From NCBI GenBank assembly GCA_973895155.1, contig OZ316891.1:24427899-24491898 (forward strand): DNA of 64,000 bases. The letters are read 5' to 3'. Positions within the stretch are counted from its first letter, which is position 1; each line of letters begins with the position of its first letter. Position numbers and translations under genes: made by a program. Below, one piece after another: positions 37,930-49,972 of the stretch. Below the pieces are notes generated by a model. The model worked only from the letters and a program-made list of their open reading frames with translations, had not been told where the DNA came from and did not search any database. The DNA comes from Marsupella aquatica (Eukaryota; Plantae; Marchantiophyta).

Positions 37930-40900
37930 GGGGAAGAGGGTGATGACATGGAGACAAACATGGGGCTTGGAGAGTGGGGTGAAGAGGAAAGATTGGATAT
38001 GGATGGAGACCCAGATGCAGGGGGCTCATAGAAAAATGCACCTGTGCAGGATGCACAGGACCCTCATCAAGTCCTAGGTAGGTGGGCAGCTAGAGAGAAA
38101 TCACATAATCCATACCCTAGAAGGAGCCAGAGTTATTGGCAAGGGACGCCTGATAATTATGATGATGACTATGATGGAGCAGAAGATGGATGGGATGAAT
38201 ATGAACACCCAGAGCGTGGTAGAGACGGGTACAGAGGGCAATGGAAAGGTGAGGAGGATGATTGGACAAGTAAGTGCCTTGTGCTAGTGATTTTGTGATG
38301 GTAGTAGAGATTTAGCTCAATATGGACTTATCTGATGTGTAGCTAGGGCAAAGAGTTTATCTTACAGGTCCATGAGTGTGGCATGTACCTGTTGGTATGC
38401 AGACTCTGATTGGGACAATCACGAAAACAACAAAGGCCATCCACGTTCAGATAGGAGGCAATCATTCACAGGCGGGAGAAACGGCCCTAATTCATCAAGA
38501 CAAAGCAATAGGACAAGTGGTCCAGAACCATCTATGCGCCAAGGGAGAGGTAACTTGGTCATTGCAGAATTGCTCTGAAGTCCAGTGTATATTTGGCAGC
38601 AGGATTTATGATTCATACTTACCTAATGGATCCTGTAAATGTGCAGGGACTCCAGGGAGGTTTGGACAATGCAATCCAGGCCATGGGGGGAGATCAAGCC
38701 GTGGAGGGACCCCAGGCCGTGGGGGGACACCAGGCCGTGGAGGGACACCTAGTAGCGCTTCAGGGAGTACCAAGGCAGGAGACAGTAACAAATTTGGTAA
38801 AGTAGAAGTGAATTCCGATGGTTGGATAACTCCCACATGTGATGGTAAGAACCGTTGGCATTCTGACCTAAGAGGAGAAGTATTGCGTTGGTTAGATTTG
38901 AGCATTACAGAGTTTAGGAGTCAGAACAAAGCTGATTGGGCTGCTATCTGCAAGGACATTCTTGAACGGTGGGACTATGTTGGTAATGATGGTAAGGGCC
39001 CAGTTGAAGATTGCATATCAGATTATGCAATGAGGATTTTGAAACAAGAGAGGCATAGGTTGAAAAGGATGTGGATAGACAATGGTTCTAACAGGAGAAT
39101 GCCACCACCCCCATCATTGGAATTGGATCAATGGACACGGTTAATCAAAGGGTTCATGTCGGAGGCTGGGCAGAGCAAGAGTGAACTGATGTCAAATGCT
39201 CGAGGCAAAGTGAAACACCTGTCACAGGCTGGGAGAGGAAGTTACGCTCCAGTGAAAGAACAATTGGTAAGGCAGTGACATGCCTGATAGTAAGTCTCAA
39301 ACTTATCATCTTGCTACCATTATTACATTTTCATTGACAATCAACACTTGGTTTCATTCATATGTATGTTGATGTGGACTGCAGAAGAAATTGACAAGTG
39401 AAGAACCATCAGCACAAGAAGTGAGAGAGGAGTTCATGAAACAAAGGAGTGAGGTGACAAGTGTGACTTCCAAACAGGTGATTATGTTGTAATTCTGTAT
39501 GTTCTATGACTATTTGGCCTTGAGCATCAGAAATAATTGTAGTAGGAAGTAAGCAACCAGTTCTTGGGGACAATTATCTGAGATATGTAAACTGTGTTAT
39601 GACAAGGAACTGTTACAACTCTCACAGAGATGTCTGAAGGGTTGAAGTCATTAGAGTGTGGACTCCCTCAAGTGGAAAGTAAATTGGCTGATCGTTTGGA
39701 TATTGTGGAGGCATCTGTAGCGAACCTTCTTGCATCAGTGGAATCTAATTTCAAGCTTGTGATTGAAAAATTGGGTGGTTCCCAACCAAACAATGAGGGC
39801 AACATTGTACAAAGTGTGCCCTTGTTAACAAAAAAGGGAATTGGCAAATCTGACACAGGTATGGAAATGACACCGGCCCATTGTTCATTGTGTCCTATGT
39901 TCAAATGTTAGAAGTAAGTTTTCATGAATTGAGTGAATGATTTGAATGCAGGAAGAGTGGAGGCAGAGAAGGACCCTGTAATCAGTAAGCAGAATGGCAA
40001 AAAGGTTGCTGAGACAGGTAACCTGCTATGCTCCAGTACATTACATTTGAAAAGTGCATGGAGTTTTGTGAAGCTTAAGCCGGTTGGAGGTAATCTTTTC
40101 TGTAAGAACTGGTTGGATCAACTGGGATCTAAAGTGACATCATGATTGATGTATCAGGTGATTCAAAGAGCAATGAAAAAGATGTGCCCAGTGCCTCAGT
40201 GACCATAGCCAAGGAGGTATCAAGTAAGATGATGCTTTAAATTCCTCTCCTACCATTGTTGAGAAACAATTCAGTGGTTAATAGATTGAACCTGAATATT
40301 GTGGTGTGTTTATTGATCAGCAGAAGCAGACATGGAGGATATGGCAATGGCAAAGAAGGGGAAGAAGGCTGTTCATAATGGTAAGGAGATAGTGACAACT
40401 TTGTGGTTGGTGACATGTACATGGCGCACATGTGATGAGTGATTCACTTATGTTGGACAATGCACTGAATTGTAGTTGATGCAGAGTTGACAGACTCTCA
40501 ACCAAGTGGGAGCAGGGTGAAGCGACGTCAAAACTTGGGAGCAACATTGGATGCAAGTAAGATTGTAGATGCTTCAATTGAAGCAAGTACAATGTTGGCA
40601 GATACTGAGATGATGTCATAGGGAAATCCTGCTACACAATCAGAAGTGTCAAATATGGATGCAGATTCTTTGAAGAAGAGTGTAGCCAATTCTCAATCAC
40701 CAGCACAAAACACTCGTGCCAAAGTCATGACTTGCAACCAAGGTATGAATAATGTCATGTATAAGCCACCCAGGAAAGCCAAGAAAAACAGCCAGGGTAA
40801 GGTGGAGGTGATAGTCACAGCAGAGCCAGTCCATAATCTTCTATCATGGGAGGATGACTCGTAGGTATGTGTGGGTACAGGCATTTTGCAACTGGATCAT

Positions 40901-41080
40901 GCTAAATTCCATGGCAAAGTGGTCCCGGATGACCATGTAGTAGTGTTGTTGACTACATTGATTGTATCTAATTGTAATTTGCCATTTCCAAATAGAGACG
41001 ATGATCCACCTCAAGAAATAATTGCAGATGCAGTAGGATCTTTTGTGCTCTGGCCATCAGAGTGTGTTAGTCTGCAGTGA
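37930..41080 (+). CDS. CACTA TnpA-like multi-exon gene (Ptta/En/Spm-type region plus C-terminal Tnp1-like domain)
   Basis: WTRLIKGFMSEAGQSKSELMSNARGKVKHLSQAGRGSY; C-terminal FHGKVVPDDHVVV..LPFP..IADAVGSFVLWP; many GT-AG introns; exon limits approximate. Confidence 0.7.
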
Positions 41081-42198
41081 CTGAATACAAGTGTAGATAG
41101 AATCATGTGAATTGTGTTACATTTTGACATTGCCTTGGAAAGATCCAAGAAATATCTGTACCAATTTTTCCATTTGGTAAAGAGGATGAAGGAGCCGTTG
41201 TGTGTGACATTGATATTTCTGAATTCTGTATGTATGAAACAAGTGATTGATGTCAAACTATGGCTCTATGGTGATTGTCTATGATACTTGAATCTGTTTT
41301 GTATCATTTCAGTATTAGTGTGTATGGTATAGACGAATGCTTTGTGACCGAGATAGGTAACATCATCAGTTATCAGTGACTGATAACTTATATCAGTCAC
41401 TTATATCAGTGAAGGGTCCATAGTGAGGGGATGTGGGCGAGGTCTCTGACATTGGCAAGGATATGTTGGCGTAATCGCCAACATCATAAAATCATTCAAG
41501 CGGACCCAATATGTCCTTTCTGTACTCATTAATGCGACCAAATTAGAATGTCAGCGAGACCGCCGACTTGATCTTTACTATAATTGTTTTGGAAACTTCA
41601 TACATTGTCTCTCCTTGGTGGGTTAGGCGCTACGCTTGGCTGTTTCGTGTTGGGAAAAGATCTCGGCGAGGGTCGCCAACTTCACAAAGCTGCGTGCTCA
41701 AAACAAAGCTGTCTACTCAAAACCGCAAAATGTGTCAGAGACCCTCGTCGAGTGTTGCATGGCATTGGCAATCTGACGTACGTCCAGCAATCTGCCGTAC
41801 ACCAGCATATCTTGGAGAAGGCCACCGAGATCTGGCCGAGTATCATCTCAGAGACCCTCGCCGAGTTTTGCATGTCGGCGAGGTGGTCGACATTGGCGAT
41901 CTGACGTACATCCAGCGATTTGACGTACCCCAGTATATCTCGGAGAAGGCCGCCGAGATCTGACCAAGATTCATCTCAGAGACCCAAGCTGAGTTCTGCA
42001 TGTCGGCGAGGTAGCCGACATTGAAAAAACACCGTGCCAAACATGTTTGTCGTGCAAATGTCAAGTAATTTATTAATCACAAACTCGTACAAAATTTTTC
42101 CATGTTACAAAATCTGAACCAAAACTACCAGGGGTGAGGATAAATTCTTCTAAACTAAACCTAAACCAACAATGGCGATCGACCTAAACCCTAAATGA

Positions 42199-42927
42199 TC
42201 AAATGTCATCACTATGAAGCCCGTACCCACTATCGGGATTGTTGCTCTCCCAACTCGCTACATCGTCACACCACAACAATGTGTGTAGCCTGTTCTCCAC
42301 CCATAGCTTGACCCTTCCAAGCTCATCCTCGTCAAAGAAACTGTCATACAGATCCCTCTCATATCTCTCTATCCTCCAAACATAATATGCCACCCAAGAC
42401 TTCAATGATATAGGTGACATCATCGCGAGGGCATCAATAGGAGGAATTTGACGCAAGAGGACTCGAAACGTGGACGCGGTTGAGTGTCGAGTCCAATGTC
42501 GATTTTCAGATATGTTTTCAACAATGTCCAGCAGCACTTTTATGGCTGCCCATCCCTTTGAGTGAGTCATTAGGAATCTCCATTTCCTACTAACTCTTGA
42601 TAATACACGCATGTTGTTGATTGCGTTGAATGTAGCATTATCATCTCTGCCATGAGCATTTGCACATTCAAATCTGTTTCGAAGTAGAGGCCAAATGTGT
42701 CCCTCCGTCTGATCATCCGAGAGGCCGAGGATGAGACTCTGCTTTCGGGCTTCCTGACTGCGCAATGGATAAGGCATAGGCTCCCCCTCAGAACTCCCGG
42801 GAGAACTCCATATTGACAACTTATCGGAAAGAGCTATCAATTTCAGCTCAGTAACGGTCGTCCTGAACGTCTCAAGCTGTGCAGCACACTTCTCATGATA
42901 ACACCTCTGCGCATTGGATCCTTCCAT
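42199..42927 (-). CDS. F-box-like small protein type A (MULE-1 cargo)
   Basis: SLILGLSDDQTEGHIWPLL..LSRVSRKWRFLM, an F-box-like pattern; paralog 48498-49184. Confidence 0.65.
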   Translation of the reverse strand: MEGSNAQRCYHEKCAAQLETFRTTVTELKLIALSDKLSIWSSPGSSEGEPMPYPLRSQEARKQSLILGLSDDQTEGHIWPLLRNRFECANAHGRDDNATFNAINNMRVLSRVSRKWRFLMTHSKGWAAIKVLLDIVENISENRHWTRHSTASTFRVLLRQIPPIDALAMMSPISLKSWVAYYVWRIERYERDLYDSFFDEDELGRVKLWVENRLHTLLWCDDVASWESNNPDSGYGLHSDDI

Positions 42928-43530
42928 GTTGAACAAGAGAATAGTGTCAAGTGGAGACCTCCATGATAAGGCAACCAAAGAGTGAATAGTGATATGGATG
43001 ATTGACCTCACAAATTTTGCCCAAAACTTATGGTTTTATTGCTAGGAGCAGATTAACTACAAAAACATTGTCTAAATATTATGGGACTGTTCGATATATT
43101 ACGGAGTCTCCTATCTGTTATCCATCTTAGAGAGGGTCTCTGAGATTTTGCGGATTGTGCCCGCCAATTTGTCAACACAATATAGTAGACTTATCTCAGA
43201 GACTCTGACCGACTTCACGAGGACAAAAGTGATGGTAAACGACCTCTCCAAGACACATCTTAGAGACTCTCGCCAACATGAGAAGGACAATTGTGTACTG
43301 CCATGTATGTTGAAGAGGTCACTAACATAACGAGAACACCGCACTGAGATTCCGCTCAAAAAATTAGAACTTTTACTATTCAAATTTTTTTGTACAAAAT
43401 TGTCTAATTGGTCTATTACACAAAATTGGTCTAATTGTTCTAATTGGTCTATTACACTAATGCAGGCTGATATTTGACATGGCATTCAATGTGGGCAAAC
43501 AACTTTCACATTGGTGCTCAGTCAATGCCG

Positions 43531-44208
43531 CTAAAAATTATCACGATTAACAGGAACACCATTATCAAGTCTTTCTTGAACCTGTTCAATGTACCAGTTA
43601 TCAACACGAGTCCTTTTCCAAGACTCTACTTGCGCTTGCTCAAGACCATATACGGAGAGGTAGCAATCCACTTCCTCTGAAGCACATAACAACCAAGAAT
43701 CAATCCTTTCATTTAAGATACTATCAGACAACCGACTCCAAACATCGATCGGTGGGAACGCTCTCATTGAATCTCGAAAGAACAAAGGGGTCACTGTAGG
43801 CCATCTTACGCGACAAAATGCTATAGCTGTAGTCATTGCAGCCCATAGTATGGAGTTTGTTATCAAATGTCTCCATTTCCTGTTGATATGAGCAACTGAT
43901 CGCACCGTCAGGAAGAGAGTCTTCACTGGATGATGACCATCCCGAACTGGATCCAAAACTGCAACACCTTCGAGCATTGACCGAATCCGGGGCCAGATGT
44001 GCAACTCCACAACCTCATCAGACAACCCTGGAATCAAGTTACTCACTAGAGGGTGACATTGTAGGGGATAACGAGGATTCCAAATGCGAGCACGGTCTTG
44101 TTCCTTACTAGCCAGAAGCGTCCGCAATTCCAATCTAAGCTTTTGTTGTGTCCTATCAATCAAAAGCTCACGTTTGCCTGCGCCGCGACCATAGTAAGTT
44201 TGTAACAA
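43531..44208 (-). CDS. F-box-like small protein type B (MULE-1 cargo)
   Basis: NLIPGLSDEVVELHIWPRI..VAHINRKWRHLI; paralog 49973-50701. Confidence 0.68.
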   Translation of the reverse strand: MLQTYYGRGAGKRELLIDRTQQKLRLELRTLLASKEQDRARIWNPRYPLQCHPLVSNLIPGLSDEVVELHIWPRIRSMLEGVAVLDPVRDGHHPVKTLFLTVRSVAHINRKWRHLITNSILWAAMTTAIAFCRVRWPTVTPLFFRDSMRAFPPIDVWSRLSDSILNERIDSWLLCASEEVDCYLSVYGLEQAQVESWKRTRVDNWYIEQVQERLDNGVPVNRDNF

Positions 44209-45376
44209 AAAAACATGCCTAATCTGAGAGCGGGCGGATGGTCTACCCTCCTATTGTGACCCTGTCCATAGCAAACCCTAAACACTAAACTGACAAGAAC
44301 AACGGATACATAATATCGGTCACATAAAACGGTCATTTATCCTAAACCCTAAACCCTAAACCCTAGGCCCAAAACAAGTGACCCTATTTGGCTGTTTGGT
44401 AAATGTCGACGAGGGTCTCTGAAATACAATGTCAGCGAGGGTCTCCAAGATACAATGAGGAAGGAAACCTATTCATGTCGGCAGAGGTCGTCCAGATCAG
44501 ACAATACCGGCATTTGATACAAGTTTGCCGACCTCAAAGTCAAGATTGGTTGGTCATTTTTCCTGAGTAAAGGTACATCATCAGTTATCAGTGACTGATA
44601 ACTGATATCAGTCATTGCTCGTCGCGCTTAACACTTACCTGCATGTCGGCGATTGTGCTCAGATTGGCCCGGGGATCTCGGCGAACTCGCAAACATCTCT
44701 GATTCAGGGTTTACGGTCTTGAAACGCAAAGCAATAAGCATAAAGGCGGTGTCCGTACAGTTTTAGGCGACCATAGCCAGAATGTCAAAGAGGTCGCCGA
44801 CATAAGGTCGACATGATGTTTACTAGAAAAACATTTTACAACCCATATATTGTAATTCGTCGGCGATGCTCGCCGAGAAGACATCATCGAGATACTACTA
44901 CTAGGCTGCTGGTGGTGCCAGCCTTGAAAGAAGTAATCAACGAGAATTGTGATGCAGTGTAGAATCCTTGGGATCAGTTGCGACCACCAGAAGATCAAGA
45001 TGTTTGCCCAATAAGAGAGCTTATAAGAAAAGGTAGCATGAATTCATTGTCATTCCTTGGCGATGCTCGCCGAGAAGACATCGTCAAGAGACTGCTACTC
45101 CTACTTGTCAAGCCAAGGAAAATGCTCTCGGCGAGGGTCGCCGACTTTACCATGACAGATTCAGTAATGTATAACTAAGCTGCCTAATCTGCACAAAATA
45201 TTTCATAAGATCTGGATTACACAGCCGATTAGACGGATTTCTACTATTATCGTCCAGTTTAATTTGACACTCCATAAAATCATTACCGACGAACGATTCA
45301 ATAACTACCAAAATGTATCAAAACTTTGAGGCTACAACGTTCCTCTATTTCCTACAAGTAAATGTGTACACGAAAT

Positions 45377-46166
45377 TCATGTTTTTTGTACATTCACTCC
45401 AGTGAATGCCCCCAATTCAGCTCTTGCCGAGAGGAGGTCATTCATTTTTACCCATAGATTCTGGACGTTGTCACACATGTCAGATAGCCTAGCCTGCATA
45501 TCTACATGAAGGCTCATAAGCTTCTCGAAGTCTGACTTGCTATTCGCGATCTCTGCATCCAAACTCTTCAGCAACTCTTTAGCAAACACGAAGTCAACAT
45601 CAGCATATTTCGAACACTCGGCACTAGGCGAGTCCTTGTGGCTGGTTGTGTTGTCGCGACCGTGGAACTTAGCTGCACCGTCTACGGGCATCTTCAACGT
45701 CTTGTTCATTCTGTTTGCATCACCAACAGCCTTGCGATTATCTGGAGATCTCAACAGACGAGGAGCTTCACCATCACCGTCTGGCAGTGTGGTAGCCATT
45801 GCAATAGGATGCTTCCTGGGGCGACCTCATTTCCTCTTCTCTGCCAAGAGCCGAGGAGCTTCATTATCAGGTAACGCGATCGACATTACGATGGGATGCT
45901 TCCTCGGCCAACCTCGTTTCTTCTTCTCTGTCAAGAGCCGAGGAGAAATGATCAGGTAACGCTATCGACATTACGATGGGATGCTTCCTCGGCCGACCTC
46001 GTTTCCTCTTCTGCGGGACGACGTCCAAAACGGCGAAGATAGTGGGTGTGTGCCTGTCTTGGACACCGATCACAGACTCCACTCTGGCCATGGTGCTCTG
46101 CCCTGATGAGAAAGAAGGTGAAAAATTGTAGGGCGCACCGCGCTGCCACATTGCCTTCACCTCCAT
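45377..46166 (-). pseudogene. AT-hook repeat protein with C-terminal coiled coil (MULE-2 cargo; frameshift and stop)
   Basis: KRKRGRPRKHP repeated three times in tandem units at about 45790-46015; C-terminal LKSLDAEIANSKSDFEKL..LWVKMNDL heptads. Confidence 0.65.
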
Positions 46167-46699
46167 CTATCTAGTCCGTGTTGTGGTGACCTGCAACGTA
46201 CAAGACAATCATCATCATTGCCACTAAAAATCCAGCAATTATTGGTATCCTATCCCTAGACGGTTGAAGGGACAACAACGTCCGCTCGTAATAACGGGTA
46301 CATGTCTTTTCACACACACTCCAGGTTTGGCCAACAAATGAGTTAATGTTGATTTGACCTGCAACGGTCAAGACTGTCAGGATTAGTTTTTGGCACTGTA
46401 TGAGCGTATGATTCCATAGTTACTACGTAATCCCATTTCGGCGAGGATCTTTGAGATCAGAGGCTAGCGACTTCTTTGTTAGTTTGACAACAAAGAGTTT
46501 AGGGTGTAAGTAGATCTCGGAGAGGGTCTCCGAGATCTGGTGGTTCTCTCACTCGGCAACGGTCAAAATTATGATCCTAAGTTCCATTTCGGCGAGGGTC
46601 TCTGAGATCCGGTTTCTTACTTTTCCTTGGTAAGTGCGATTTCGGCAAGGATCGCAGACATCCGGTTGGGAAGTTCCATTCCGACAAAGTTCCATTCCT

Positions 46700-48170
46700 G
46701 CGAAGTTCCATTCCGGCGAGGGTCACTACATCCGGTTTCAGTGCCATTTCGGTGAGGGTCGTTGACATCCAGTTTCAGTGCCATTTCGGCGAGGGTCGTT
46801 GACATCCGGTTTTAGTGCCATTCCGGTGAGGGTCGCTGACATCCGGTTTCAGTGCCATTTTGGCGAGGGTCGCTGACATCTAGTTTCAGTGCCATTTCGG
46901 CGAGGGTCGCTGACATCCGGTTTCAGTGCCATTTTGGTGAGGGTCGTTGACATCCGGTTTTAGTGCCATTCCGGCGAGAGTTGCTGACATCTGGTTTTAG
47001 TGCCATTCCGGCGAGGGTCGCTGACATCCGGTTTTAGTGCCATTCCGGCAAGGGTCGCTGACATCTGGTTTCAGTCCCATTTTGGCGAGGGTCGCTGACA
47101 TCCGGTTTCAGTGCCATTTCGGCGAGGGTCGCTGACATCCGGTTTCAGTGCCATTTTGGTGAGGGTCGTTGACATCCGGTTTTAGTGCCATTCCGGCGAG
47201 AGTTGCTGACATCCGGTTTTAGTGCCATTCCGGCGAGGGTCGCTGACATCCGGTTTCAGTGCCATTTCGGCGAGGGTCGCTGACATCTGGTTTCAGTCCC
47301 ATTCCAGTGAGGGTCGCTGACATCCGGTTTCAGTGCCATTTTGGCGAGGGTCGCTGACATTCGGTTTTAGTGCCATTTCGGCGAGAGTTGCTGACATCCA
47401 GTTTTAGTGCCATTCCGGCGAGGGTCGCTAACATCCGGTTTCAGTGCCATTTCGGCGAGGGTCGCTGACATCCGGTTTCAGTGCCATTTTGGTGAGGGTC
47501 GTTGACATCCGGTTTCAGTGCCATTTTGGTGAGGGTCGTTGACATCCGGTTTTAGTGCCATTCCGGCGAGAGTTGCTGACATCCGGTTTTAGTGCCATTC
47601 CGGCAAGGGTCGCTGACATCCGGTTTCAGTGCCATTTTGGCGAGGGTCGCTGACATCCAGTTTCAGTGCCATTTCGGTGAGGGTCGCTGACATCCGGTTT
47701 CAGTGCCATTTTGGTGAGGGTCGTTGACATCCGGTTTTAGTGCCATTCCGGCGAGAGTTGCTGACATCCGGTTTTAGTGCCATTCCGGCGAGGGTCGCTG
47801 ACATCCGGTTTCAGTGCCATTTCGGCGAGGGTCGCTGACATCTGGTTTCAGTCCCATTCCAGCGAGGGTCGCTGACATCCGGTTTCAGTGCCATTTTGGC
47901 GAGGGTCGCTGACATTCGGTTTTAGTGCCATTTCGGTGAGGGTCGCTGACATCCAGTTTCAGTGCCATTTCGGCGAGGGTCGCTGACATCCGGTTTTAGT
48001 GCCATTCCGGCGAGGGTCGTTGACATCCGGTTTCAGTGCCATTTTGGCGAGGGTCGCTGACATCTGGTTTCAGTCCCATTCCGGCGAGGGTCGCTGACAT
48101 CCGGTTTCAGTGCCATTTTGGCGAGGGTCGCTGACATCCGGTTTCAGTGCCATTTTGGCGAGGGTCGCTC
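46700..48170. repeat. 37-bp tandem satellite (~39-40 units)
   Basis: Unit GACATCCGGTTTCAGTGCCATTTCGGCGAGGGTCGCT, contiguous, no spacers. Confidence 0.97.
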
Positions 48171-48497
48171 AGATCCGACAAATGGCGAATGTCTCCAAGG
48201 TGAGTAGCGTTCACGAACACTACATCTTGGAGACCCTCGCTGAATTCCAACGGTGCCGTTTGGATGTCGGCGAGGCCGCTGGGAGGGAAAAAAGACCACA
48301 CCAATAGTACGATAACGTAAGCTTTTTTATTATTGAAAAATGTCGTACAAAATTAGTCCATGATACTACCCCTGACCTCATTACTACGTGATGAGTTCAA
48401 GTCATGACATGACCTAGTGGCCAGTGGACCCTATCGACAATGCTATCCGCGATGACCTCCTATGCCTTCACAGTCAAATATCACTAGAATAAAGCCC

Positions 48498-49184
48498 TTA
48501 GCCACTGTCCGGATTGTTGCTCGGCAATTTTTCTACATTGTCACACCATAAGATTGGGGTTAACCTGTTCTCCACCCAGTCCTGGACTCTTCCTAGCACA
48601 TCTCCATCGAAGAACTTATCATACAGATCCCTCTCAATTATCTCCGTCCTCCAGACGTAGTTTGCCACCCAAGACTTGAGTGATGTAACTGACATCATAG
48701 AGAGGGCATCAATAGGCGGAATTTGTCGTAAGAGAACACGGAACGTACACGCGGTTGAGTGACGATTCCAATGTCGGTTATCGTCCATGTTTTCAATGAC
48801 GTCCTTCACCACTTTTAACGCTGCCCATCCCTTGGAGTGAGTCACGAGGAATCTCCATTTCCTGCTAACTCTGGACAATATGCGCATGTTGTCGATCGTC
48901 TTGAAGGTAGCATCATCATCAGTGCCATGTGCATTTGCAGACTCAAATGCATTTCTAAGTAGAGGCCAAACATGTCCCTCTGTCAGCATATCCGGGAGGC
49001 CAGGGATGAGACTCTGCCTTTTTGCTTCTTCTGCTTCCTCCGGAATAGGCTCCCCAATACTCCCCCATATTGAGAGCCGATCAAAATCAGCTTTCAATTT
49101 CAGCTCAGTAATTGTCGCCGTAAACTTATCAAGGTGTGTAGCGCACTTTTCATGATAATGCCTCTTCGTGTATGATCCTTCCAT
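48498..49184 (-). CDS. F-box-like small protein type A (MULE-2 cargo)
   Basis: SLIPGLPDMLTEGHVWPLL..LSRVSRKWRFLV; collinear with 42199-42927. Confidence 0.68.
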   Translation of the reverse strand: MEGSYTKRHYHEKCATHLDKFTATITELKLKADFDRLSIWGSIGEPIPEEAEEAKRQSLIPGLPDMLTEGHVWPLLRNAFESANAHGTDDDATFKTIDNMRILSRVSRKWRFLVTHSKGWAALKVVKDVIENMDDNRHWNRHSTACTFRVLLRQIPPIDALSMMSVTSLKSWVANYVWRTEIIERDLYDKFFDGDVLGRVQDWVENRLTPILWCDNVEKLPSNNPDSG

Positions 49185-49519
49185 GTTGGAGAGCCGCTTG
49201 AAGCAAGTTTAGCCGCTTGAAGCACCCGTGAGATGAAGATGACACCCAACAGATTGAACACAACAACCAACCAACCAAACAAGCGAATGAAGAATAGAGA
49301 AAGTGCCCTCCTCTTTATAACGACAGTGACATTGACATATTGGTTTCGACGGTCTCCACCTGCGAAGTCTGCGGGTTGATCTTGACCCTGTAGGGGCTGC
49401 GCGCCGGTCGCGCAACGGGCGTAGAACGTCTGCCTTCGTGGGGAGGTTCTCCCTAAGAAATGAACAGCGATGTCATTTCTGCCCAGTGCGATGAATGTCA
49501 AAGTGTAGAAATTCAACCA

Positions 49520-49790
49520 AGCGCAGGGATAAGTGAGAAGGACGTTGAAAACCCTAACGAAGAGTGAAGAGGAAGAGGAAGAGTAAGGAAGAAGGGAGCA
49601 CGTACCGCACGTACCGCACCGCACAAAACTATGTCATGGATACGGGACATCCCAACTATACTTGACAACGTACATCTTGTTAACGGACCAAACAAGAAAG
49701 TACGCAAGGGAAGTACGCAAGGGTCTAGGATTTACGGCCCAGTATAGGGGGTACGTGTTTAGGGTTTAGGGTTTAGGGTAAACCCTAAAC
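49520..49790 (-). promoter_or_regulatory. GTAC-rich upstream module with telo-box repeats (copy of 57420-57770, inverted)
   Basis: About 270 bp of clear inverted similarity with 57420-57770; upstream of the F-box type A gene. Confidence 0.6.
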
Positions 49791-49972
49791 GGTCCAAATG
49801 TCAAAGACCCTCGCCGAGAATTGATAGTGAAAGATAGGAAGGATCTCATGTCGCCAAGTATTTATTACTCAAAAAAGTCGTACAAAATTAGTCCATGATC
49901 TCTAAATCTGAACCAGGTGTGGCGTACTCCTGCATATTCTATACACTAAACCGATAATGACATGAAGTGCAC

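Larger units (their letters stand above)
41350..44555. mobile_element. MULE-1 right part (displaced and inverted)
   Basis: Terminus GAGATAGGTAACATCATCAGTTATCAGTGACTGATAACT after TSD TTTGTGACC; 44340-44555 continues the 24.9-25.15 kb repeats. Confidence 0.88.

Noticed and set aside
44575-44612. Hairpin as a Helitron or Replitron 3' end
   Set aside because: There is no Rep/helicase or HUH ORF and no CTRR end, and exact 9-bp TSDs with G-starting termini identify Mutator ends.
46700-48170. 37-bp repeat array as a CRISPR array
   Set aside because: Units are contiguous with no unique spacers, no cas genes are present, and the context is eukaryotic. The same applies to the 40-bp array at 5587-6511.
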